NCBI RefSeq assembly: GCF_001306055.1
Contig: NZ_LGHJ01000015.1
Span: 109,518 to 141,517, forward strand
Direction of reading: 5' to 3'
Source: Bellilinea caldifistulae
GTDB lineage: Bacteria > Chloroflexota > Anaerolineae > Anaerolineales > Anaerolineaceae
Length of the DNA stretch: 32,000 bases
Part shown: in pieces, positions 1 to 6,533 of the stretch
How the letters are laid out: the number at the start of each line of letters is the position of its first letter
Numbering within the stretch: position 1 is the stretch's first letter
The notes under the pieces: model-generated
Databases searched by the model: none
Told to the model about the DNA's origin: nothing
The model's input: only the letters and a program-made list of their open reading frames with translations
Made by a program: the position numbers and the translations under genes

Positions 1-1
1 C

Positions 2-1480
2 TTTCTTCGTAAACTGGTATGGGTAAAAGCCACCCAGCGTGCGCCGTTGTACTTTTTGGGGTTGCTGGGATTCGGCCCGGTGAATTTATCCACAGAGACG
101 ATCTCCGAGGCGGCGGCGGTGGATATTGTACTGGTGCTGGATGTTTCCGAATCCATGTCCAGTCAGACGGGCGGCTATATCCCCAATGATTACGATCCGG
201 ATACGGGGTGCAACCCGAATACCCGCACCGCTGGCGCTTCACCGCCTGCCGGAGCGTGCCTGCCGATGTGGTACTTGAAAAATGCGGCAAATGCGTTGAT
301 CAACACCATCTACGAAGGGTATGACCGGATTGCCATCATCACCTACGATTCGCGGGCTGAATTGAAGCAGGATTTTACCAGCCTCAAGACGGTTGCGCGC
401 AATTCTCTGTGGAACAACGTCAATGTTCATGATGACCCGCCCTATGCGAGGATGTGGGCTCCGTGGGGGCCCGACCGTGACCCCGGCGACTACGCCTTTA
501 ACCCGGTCAACCCCGAAGACCGTGATGGGGACGGGCGGGATGCCGATAATGATATTGACCTGTATAGGGTAGATTGTCCCTGGACGACCAACCCGGCCGT
601 GCTGGCCGACCGCTGGTGGAGCGTGGATGAAGGCGCACCCGATCCGTTTGGCTGGGGTGGTGTACCCTGTGATCATGATGCTTATCTGGATGCCTACGAC
701 TGGAACTCCGATGACATCTTCACCATGGATGACCACAATGCTTCGCTGGCTTACCTTGCCAAATTCCCCGTCTTAACCGACCTGAACGATCACACCATCC
801 GTCCATCGCTTTCGCCGCTTTCTACCTGCATCGGCTGTGGGCTGCGGATGGCCAACGAACTGCTGACCAAATACGGGCGACGGGACGCTATCTGGGTAGT
901 GGTGTTGTTCACGGACGGTGTGGCCAATTTGAGTGATACACCGCCGAATGCCTCGACCGGTCCCGGCGATACCCCCTACACTGGCGGGAATGTGCCGGCG
1001 GTCATGAAAAGCGGTTTTTGCAACGGCCATTTTGCCGACCGGGACGCTAACTCGTGGTGGCAGAAACTTTGTATTGACCGTCACTTCACCCCGCGCTACT
1101 GTGTGGATACCAGTTCATCCACCTGCCCGCCGGGTTCCACGCATGTGGTGGCGAGCCTGCGCAGCTACACCTACTCGGTCACGGATTATGCCCGTGATAT
1201 GGTAGATGCGATTGGATTGACCAGTTCCGCTAACCCACAGGAGCCGCTGGGCACCGATGTAGCCATGTACGCGGTCGGCTTTGGGGCTGTAAATTTGGGC
1301 GAACCGCTTTTGCGATACATTGCTGCTGTGGGTGATGATGGTGACCGCCGTACGGATCTCTGTGATGGTGTATCAAGTTTGCAATCCTGCGGCAATTACT
1401 TCTATACTAATGATGCTTCTCAATTACAGGCCATTTTTGAGGACATTGCCAGCCGTATATACACCCGAATTAACCAGTAA
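2..1480 (+). CDS. von Willebrand factor A (vWA) domain protein, TadG-like pilus-associated; 5' end probably lies outside the window
   Basis: The frame is open from base 2, with no stop before the TTG at 47 used by the ORF track. MIDAS motif DxSxS occurs in 'VLVLDVSESMS' (D at nt 140). A later 'VVVLFTDGVAN' strand is typical of vWA folds. There is an acidic insert 'NPEDRDGDGRDADNDID'. The 'FLGLLGFGPVNLS' segment before the vWA domain resembles TadG/TadE-G-like proteins, and the next gene is TadE-like. Confidence 0.7.
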   Translation, partial: FLRKLVWVKATQRAPLYFLGLLGFGPVNLSTETISEAAAVDIVLVLDVSESMSSQTGGYIPNDYDPDTGCNPNTRTAGASPPAGACLPMWYLKNAANALINTIYEGYDRIAIITYDSRAELKQDFTSLKTVARNSLWNNVNVHDDPPYARMWAPWGPDRDPGDYAFNPVNPEDRDGDGRDADNDIDLYRVDCPWTTNPAVLADRWWSVDEGAPDPFGWGGVPCDHDAYLDAYDWNSDDIFTMDDHNASLAYLAKFPVLTDLNDHTIRPSLSPLSTCIGCGLRMANELLTKYGRRDAIWVVVLFTDGVANLSDTPPNASTGPGDTPYTGGNVPAVMKSGFCNGHFADRDANSWWQKLCIDRHFTPRYCVDTSSSTCPPGSTHVVASLRSYTYSVTDYARDMVDAIGLTSSANPQEPLGTDVAMYAVGFGAVNLGEPLLRYIAAVGDDGDRRTDLCDGVSSLQSCGNYFYTNDASQLQAIFEDIASRIYTRINQ

Positions 1481-1508
1481 AAAGGGCTAGAATCAGGAAG
1501 GAACGCCC

Positions 1509-3524
1509 ATGAAACGATTACCTCTTAGTAAACCTCAAATTCCCCTGCGGTTGCGCCGCTGGCGCGCGCAGGGCTTTGTTGAATTTGCGCTGGCGCTGCC
1601 GATTCTCCTGATGATGATTTTTGGAATTATCGAATTTGGGCGTTTTCTGCAAGCCTGGCTTGCCCTGCAAAATGGGGCCCGCTTTGGGGTGCGTTACGCC
1701 GTCAGCGGTGACTTCAATACTGCTTATTGCGATGAGGCCGCCGCGGCTCTGGGACTGACCGCCTTTCACAGCGGCAATTGCCGCGTACCGGAAACTGTAG
1801 ACGGGTGGGATGAGATGAGCAGTGCGCTCAAAGATTGGGCGCGGCTGGCGTCTATCCGCGATGCGGCCATTGCCGGAGCAACCGGGGTTGCCTGGGACCC
1901 TGCCCCGGCAGTTTCCGGCGACTATCTGGCTTACCTCGATTACGGTTGGAACCATTCCGACTTCGATATGGTGCATCGGGGCAACCCGGCCCTGAAGGGC
2001 TTTCTGAATGTGATGATTTGTTCGACTCGCGAGGAAGATCTCGGCGGGGGGGTGTTTGCCCGTTTTCAACGCAATCCTTATACGGCTATTTATTACGAAC
2101 CCAATGACCCCGGACGGTTGCAGGACTACCGCTTTCCAATTTTCTGTGAACGTGCCATTGGCACCAAAAGCGGCGAGACCTTCAATCAGACCGCTATTGA
2201 ACGATATGTTGATGATGCAGGCGGACCCGGTGACCGGGTTTTCGTGCGGCTGACTTACCGTCACGAATTGATCACCCCCCTCCTCAACAATATCTGGCCG
2301 ACGGCCATGATCTACGCCCAGCGGGAAGGTTATGTGGAAGCCTTCCGTAAAACCCGCCCGGGCGGCGCGCTGGGGGTTGCTCCCACCCCCACCAATACCC
2401 CGACTGATACCCCCACTCCGACCAATACCGCTACTCACACCTCCACACCCACGCCGACCGATACCGCCACGCCGACCGCCACACCAACCATTACGCCGAC
2501 CAACTTCCCGTGCGGCGGTACGGGCGTGCTGCGCGAGTGGTGGGGCAGCATCCCCGGCACCTCGGTGAGTGATTTAACCAGTAACCCGCGCTACCCCGGA
2601 GCGCCGAACAATCATGATACCCTGCCCGAATTTGAGGCTCCCCAGAACTGGGCAAACAACTACGGCCAGCGCCTGCGGGCTGATGTTTGCGCGCCGCAAA
2701 CCGGTTATTACCGCTTCTACATTGCCAGTGATGATAATAGTGTGCTGTATCTGAATGGTTCGCTAATTGCCTCGGTGCCCGGCTGGACGTATTACCACCA
2801 ATGGGATTTGTACGGCAGCCAGAGGTCCGGCACGGTCTATCTAACTGCTGGCTCGTGGCTGCCGATTGAGGTCCTCCACAAAGAAGGTACAGGGCTGGAT
2901 CATGTCTCGGTTGCCTGGGCAGGCCCGGGCATCACCGGCAATGAGGATGATCCGCCAGTGGTGATTGACGGCTACTACCTGCGTCCGGCCTCTCCCATAC
3001 CGACCTGGACGCCCACCCATACCGGCACACCGACCCGCACGCCGACCATTACAAACACTTTCACCCATACCCCGACGCGCACCATTACGCCAACGCCGAC
3101 CAATACCTTTACCCCCACCTTGACCTTCACGGCAACTAACACGCGTACGCCGACCTACACACCGACCATTACTCCGACACCAACGATTACGCGCACCTTC
3201 ACGGTTACTCCCACGCGCACCAACACCCCCACGCCTACCAATACTCCCACCATCACCTTGACCTTCACACCATCGAACACGCCGACAATTACCCACACAT
3301 TTACTCCGCGACCCACTAGCACCAACACTCCAACACCCACCGCCACGGTACCTTCGTTGACGCCGACGATCACACGCACCTTCACTGGCACGCCAACCCG
3401 CACCAGCACACCAACCCGAACCATCACCCCCACGCCTACGGAAACGCTGCTGCCGACCCGCACCCGCACTCCCACCATTACCCGCACACCGTGTTTGACC
3501 CCAGTGGAATTGGGCGGCTGCTAA
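1509..3524 (+). CDS. TadE-like pseudopilin N-terminus fused to a PA14-like domain, flanked by Thr/Pro linkers with a long (Thr-X)n tail
   Basis: ATG is preceded by AGGAAGGA. The N-terminus 'GFVEFALALPILLMMIFGIIEFGRFLQAWLALQNGARFG' matches the TadE-like (Flp pilus assembly) hydrophobic segment. Residues ~335-492 ('REWWGSIPGTSVSDL...YYRFYIASDDNSVLYLNG...VLHKEGTGLDHVSVAW') look PA14-like. PT linker at nt 2379-2504; TX tail at nt 2997-3503. Confidence 0.75.
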   Translation: MKRLPLSKPQIPLRLRRWRAQGFVEFALALPILLMMIFGIIEFGRFLQAWLALQNGARFGVRYAVSGDFNTAYCDEAAAALGLTAFHSGNCRVPETVDGWDEMSSALKDWARLASIRDAAIAGATGVAWDPAPAVSGDYLAYLDYGWNHSDFDMVHRGNPALKGFLNVMICSTREEDLGGGVFARFQRNPYTAIYYEPNDPGRLQDYRFPIFCERAIGTKSGETFNQTAIERYVDDAGGPGDRVFVRLTYRHELITPLLNNIWPTAMIYAQREGYVEAFRKTRPGGALGVAPTPTNTPTDTPTPTNTATHTSTPTPTDTATPTATPTITPTNFPCGGTGVLREWWGSIPGTSVSDLTSNPRYPGAPNNHDTLPEFEAPQNWANNYGQRLRADVCAPQTGYYRFYIASDDNSVLYLNGSLIASVPGWTYYHQWDLYGSQRSGTVYLTAGSWLPIEVLHKEGTGLDHVSVAWAGPGITGNEDDPPVVIDGYYLRPASPIPTWTPTHTGTPTRTPTITNTFTHTPTRTITPTPTNTFTPTLTFTATNTRTPTYTPTITPTPTITRTFTVTPTRTNTPTPTNTPTITLTFTPSNTPTITHTFTPRPTSTNTPTPTATVPSLTPTITRTFTGTPTRTSTPTRTITPTPTETLLPTRTRTPTITRTPCLTPVELGGC

Positions 3525-3542
3525 CCTGAAAATCGCTCTGCT

Positions 3543-3575
3543 CAGCGGCGTGCCCGATTGAATGGCGCGCCGCTG
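3543..3575 (+). terminator. Weak candidate hairpin after the TadE-PA14 gene
   Basis: CAGCGGCG (3543-3550) pairs with CGCCGCTG (3568-3575) across a 17-nt loop, followed by TCCGTTTG. The loop is long and the T-tract poor. Confidence 0.25.
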
Positions 3576-3600
3576 TCCGTTTGCGGTGTACAATTAACCC

Positions 3601-4530
3601 ATGAAATCGAATTCGACCCTGCCTGGAGCAGTGCAGCGTTGGCGAGCGGCCCTCGCCTTTGCCGCCGGCGGTGGCTTGCTGATCCTGCTGACGCTTGGTT
3701 TGCTGTGGCTGGTGCAGCGCCAGCCGCAGGCATCCGCCGAGACGGTGGTGGTGCTGATTTCTGTCCTGACTCTGCTGGTGCTGGGGTTTGCGGTGGGGAC
3801 GCTGGGGTTTATTCTGCGCAGCGTACTGGCGCGGCCCGGTTTGAATCCGATCCTGCTGACGCTGGTTCTGGCTTACGTGTTACCGGCGGCAGTTTATTTT
3901 GGGTTGGACCGGCTGCTGGCGCTGCGCTTCAGCGGACTGGAACAATCCCTGCCGGCCATCAGTCTGCGCTCGCCGCTCTTCCCCGGTCAGCCGTGGCTGT
4001 TCCTCTGGCAGGCCTTGATCCTGGCTTTTCTCGGCATTCCGGCCGAGCAGAATCACCCCCTTCGGGAGAGGACGGATTCGTCGTCCCGGCCTCCCGAATG
4101 GCTGAGCGGGTTGCTGGGAGGGGCTGCCATTGCCCTGTTGGGGGCATACCTTTTCAGTATCACACGGGGCTGGTTGGAAACCACGATCACCGTTTCCGAA
4201 ATGACCCATCCGCTGGAGGTTGCCCCGTTGATTCGCTGGGTGACGCTGCTGATCGGGGTTCTGGTCGCTCCGTGGGCAGAGGAGCGGTTCTTCCGCGGGG
4301 AACTGATTCAACGCTGGCAGCCGCGCATGGGAACGTGGGCGGCCGGGCTGGCTTCGGCGGCTTTGTTTGCCACCCTGCAACTGCGCCCACTCCTCTGGCT
4401 GCCGGCTTTTCTGGCGGGGATTGGCTTTTTCTGGTTGTATCGGGTTTATGGCGGACTGAAATCGGCCGTCATTGCTCACACGGTTGTCAATGCGCTGTTG
4501 TTTGCGCTGGGCTGGCAGTGGATGATTTAA
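3601..4530 (+). CDS. CPBP family (CAAX/Abi-type) intramembrane protease
   Basis: Polytopic membrane protein. EExxxR motif in 'PWAEERFFRGE' and HxxxN motif in 'IAHTVVNAL'. The middle motif reads 'FATLQ' rather than the usual FxxxH. The overlapping ORF 3558..4556 in another frame is Ala/Gly/Arg-rich junk. Confidence 0.8.
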   Translation: MKSNSTLPGAVQRWRAALAFAAGGGLLILLTLGLLWLVQRQPQASAETVVVLISVLTLLVLGFAVGTLGFILRSVLARPGLNPILLTLVLAYVLPAAVYFGLDRLLALRFSGLEQSLPAISLRSPLFPGQPWLFLWQALILAFLGIPAEQNHPLRERTDSSSRPPEWLSGLLGGAAIALLGAYLFSITRGWLETTITVSEMTHPLEVAPLIRWVTLLIGVLVAPWAEERFFRGELIQRWQPRMGTWAAGLASAALFATLQLRPLLWLPAFLAGIGFFWLYRVYGGLKSAVIAHTVVNALLFALGWQWMI

Positions 4531-4552
4531 CCACCGGTGAAGGAGAGATGCC

Positions 4553-5275
4553 ATGACCGAATTACTTTACGCTACCGACAGTTACCTGAAATCTTTTGAA
4601 TGCCGCGTGCAAAGCGTGGATGAAACCAGCCGGGCGGTGTTGCTCGACCGTACCGCTTTCTACCCCGGCGGAGGCGGCCAGCCGTGCGACATGGGGCTTT
4701 TGAAGGCTGTAAACGGTCAGGTCTGGCCGGTCACCCGTGTGAAAAAAACACCGGATGGCATCTGGCACACGCTGGGCGGGGAAGCCGGCCTGCCGCAGCC
4801 CGGCGATGCTCTGCATGGCGAACTGGATTGGGAGCGGCGCTACGCCCTGATGCGTACCCACACCGCGCTGCACATCCTCTGTGGGGTGGTCTTTCGCGAT
4901 TACGGCGCCCTGGTCACCGGCGGCGAAATGGAGCCGCTCAAAGGGCGGATGGACTTTGAGTTTGAAACCCTGACACACGAGCGGATTACCGAAATTGAGG
5001 AGGCCGTCAACCGCGAGGTGCAGGCTGCCCGGCCGATCCGTGTGCAGATTTTGCCGCGCGAAACGGCTTTTCAGATTCCCGACCTGATCCGCACCAAAAT
5101 TAACCTGCTGCCGCCGGAGATTCGGGAAATCCGCACGGTGGAAATTGTCGGGCTGGATTTACAGGCCGACGGCGGGACGCATGTTGCCAATACCGCTGAG
5201 GTTGGCCGCATCCGTGTGGTGGATTACAAAAGCAAAGGCAAGATCAACAAGCGCATCTATATTGAAATGGGTTAA
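4553..5275 (+). CDS. alaX: AlaX-type alanyl-tRNA editing (trans-editing deacylase) protein
   Basis: The N-terminus 'LYATDSYLKSFECRVQSV' and the HxxxH zinc motif 'THTALHIL', plus 'GGTHV', are characteristic of the AlaRS second-additional-domain / AlaX family. Starts 22 nt after the CPBP stop. Confidence 0.75.
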   Translation: MTELLYATDSYLKSFECRVQSVDETSRAVLLDRTAFYPGGGGQPCDMGLLKAVNGQVWPVTRVKKTPDGIWHTLGGEAGLPQPGDALHGELDWERRYALMRTHTALHILCGVVFRDYGALVTGGEMEPLKGRMDFEFETLTHERITEIEEAVNREVQAARPIRVQILPRETAFQIPDLIRTKINLLPPEIREIRTVEIVGLDLQADGGTHVANTAEVGRIRVVDYKSKGKINKRIYIEMG

Positions 5276-5281
5276 ATTCAC

Positions 5282-5310
5282 TTGACATTAGAACATATAT
5301 TCTATAAAAT
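5282..5310 (+). promoter_or_regulatory. Sigma-70-like promoter TTGACA-17-TAAAAT ending 6 nt before the ATG of the LuxR gene
   Basis: TTGACA at 5282-5287, 17-nt spacer, TAAAAT at 5305-5310, ATG at 5317. There is no Shine-Dalgarno sequence in between. Confidence 0.55.
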
Positions 5311-5316
5311 AAGATT

Positions 5317-5721
5317 ATGAACCTCTGGAAGCGCCTGTTGAACCTTTTCAGGGAGGAGGCAGAGCAGCAGCGCACCTTCGCTCTGGATGCCCGGCTGGAA
5401 CAGTCCCTGCGCCAACTGGCCGATCAGGAAAAACGCCCGCCGGAGGAGATCCTGCAAACGCTGATCGAGGCCGGCTTGCAGTATCGCCGTCAGAGTGAGG
5501 AGGCCTGGCAGTGCTGGAAGCTGCTCACCCCGCGCGAGCAGGAAGTTGCCGCGCTGGTGTGCCTGGGCTACACCAACCGTCAGATTGCCGCCCGGCTGGG
5601 GGTTACGCCGGATACCGTCAAAACCCACATGCGCAACCTGCTGGTCAAGTTCAACCTGCACCAGCGCCGGGAGCTGCGCGAACGACTGGCCGGTTGGGAT
5701 TTCAGCGCGTGGGAGCGCTGA
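5317..5721 (+). CDS. Small LuxR/GerE-family helix-turn-helix transcriptional regulator
   Basis: The C-terminal 'LTPREQEVAALVCLGYTNRQIAARLGVTPDTVKTHMRNLLVKFNL' is a canonical LuxR-type HTH. The N-terminal ~65 aa are helical and charged. Confidence 0.8.
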   Translation: MNLWKRLLNLFREEAEQQRTFALDARLEQSLRQLADQEKRPPEEILQTLIEAGLQYRRQSEEAWQCWKLLTPREQEVAALVCLGYTNRQIAARLGVTPDTVKTHMRNLLVKFNLHQRRELRERLAGWDFSAWER

Positions 5722-5726
5722 GAAGG

Positions 5727-6533
5727 ATGGCTGAATCTCTCTCGGCGTTTTTGATTGCCGTTCCCATCGCCGTGCTGGGCGGGCTGATCGGTCTGGGCGG
5801 GGCTGAGTTCCGGCTGCCGGTGCTGGTCGGGTTGCTGCGGCGCAGCGCCCACCAGGCCGTGCCGATCAATCTGGCGGTCAGCCTGGTTACGCTGCTGGTC
5901 TCGCTGATGGTGCGCTTGCGTACCCTGCCGGCTCTGCCGCTCGAGTCGCTGGTCTTGATTCTGATTGCGATGATCGGCGGGGCGATGTTGACGGCTTTTC
6001 TCGGCGCCGGGTTGACCGCCCGCCTTACGCCCCATGCACTGGAAAGCTGGATGCGTCTGCTGTTGACCGCCATCGGCCTGCTGCTGATTGTGGAGGGTTT
6101 CTTTCCGCTTTCCGAAGCCGGGCTGGTGGGTAATGCCGCTTGGGCGCAGGCGTTAACCGGCTTTGCAGCCGGCTGCCTGATCGGCGTGGTCAGCAGTACG
6201 CTGGGTGTGGCCGGCGGAGAGCTGATCATCCCTACCCTCATTTTCATTTTTGGCGTGGGTGTCAAAACCGCCGGCAGTGCCAGCCTGATCATCAGCCTGC
6301 CCACGGTGATGGTGGGGTTGGCGCGTTACGCCCGCAAGGGCTTGTGGTTCAGCCGCTCGGAAGGGGTAAGCATTGTCCTGCCGATGGGTCTTGGCTCGGT
6401 GATCGGTTCCATCCTCGGCGGTGTGCTGGCGGGGGTTGTGCCGGCCAATACCTTGAAGGTAATTCTGGGGCTGGTGTTGATCGTTTCCGCGTTGCGCATG
6501 TTCCATTGGAAGAACTCCGCCCGGGGCGGTTAA
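5727..6533 (+). CDS. TauE/SafE (DUF81) family anion/sulfite exporter
   Basis: Start reassigned to the ATG at 5727 ('MAESLSAFLIAV...'). The track ORF from 5511 overlaps the LuxR gene in another frame with Arg/Pro-rich junk. Two internally repeated halves carry the 'GGLIGLGGAEFRLPVL' and 'LGVAGGELIIPTL' signatures. Confidence 0.8.
   Translation: MAESLSAFLIAVPIAVLGGLIGLGGAEFRLPVLVGLLRRSAHQAVPINLAVSLVTLLVSLMVRLRTLPALPLESLVLILIAMIGGAMLTAFLGAGLTARLTPHALESWMRLLLTAIGLLLIVEGFFPLSEAGLVGNAAWAQALTGFAAGCLIGVVSSTLGVAGGELIIPTLIFIFGVGVKTAGSASLIISLPTVMVGLARYARKGLWFSRSEGVSIVLPMGLGSVIGSILGGVLAGVVPANTLKVILGLVLIVSALRMFHWKNSARGG

Noticed and set aside
2379-3503. Thr/Pro regions considered as DNA-level tandem repeats or slippage-prone contingency loci
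   Set aside because: Codon usage for Thr and Pro is thoroughly mixed and no exact nucleotide unit repeats. The periodicity exists only at the protein level.
1518-3593. Antisense ORFs 1518..2438, 2841..3593 and 3155..3487 opposite the TadE-PA14 gene
   Set aside because: Their composition is Gly/Arg/Val-rich low complexity ('VGVGV', 'RRGG'), the mirror image of the Thr/Pro repeat and of high-GC codon bias. The sense strand has recognisable TadE and PA14 motifs.
4360-4390. CPBP middle motif 'FATLQ' instead of FxxxH
   Set aside because: This may be a by-eye alignment offset. The other two catalytic motifs are intact, so there is not enough evidence to call the protease inactive.
3558-4556. 332-aa ORF overlapping the CPBP gene in another frame
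   Set aside because: It is an Ala/Gly/Arg-rich product without motifs. The 3601..4530 frame carries the EExxxR and HxxxN CPBP signatures and clean TM helices.
5161-5200. AlaX second zinc motif reads 'ADGGTHV', where I expected a Cys before GGTH
   Set aside because: I cannot recall with certainty whether Asp is a normal variant in this AlaX subclass. A profile alignment is needed before calling it unusual.
5511-5726. Upstream extension of the TauE/SafE ORF (track start 5511)
   Set aside because: It overlaps the LuxR gene out of frame and encodes Arg/Pro/Ala junk. The hydrophobic protein begins at the ATG at 5727, right after the LuxR stop.
6530-6533. Convergent TauE and comEC genes share overlapping stop codons in TTAA
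   Set aside because: The overlap is real, but it is a common consequence of compact genomes and has no evident functional implication beyond the absence of a terminator between them.
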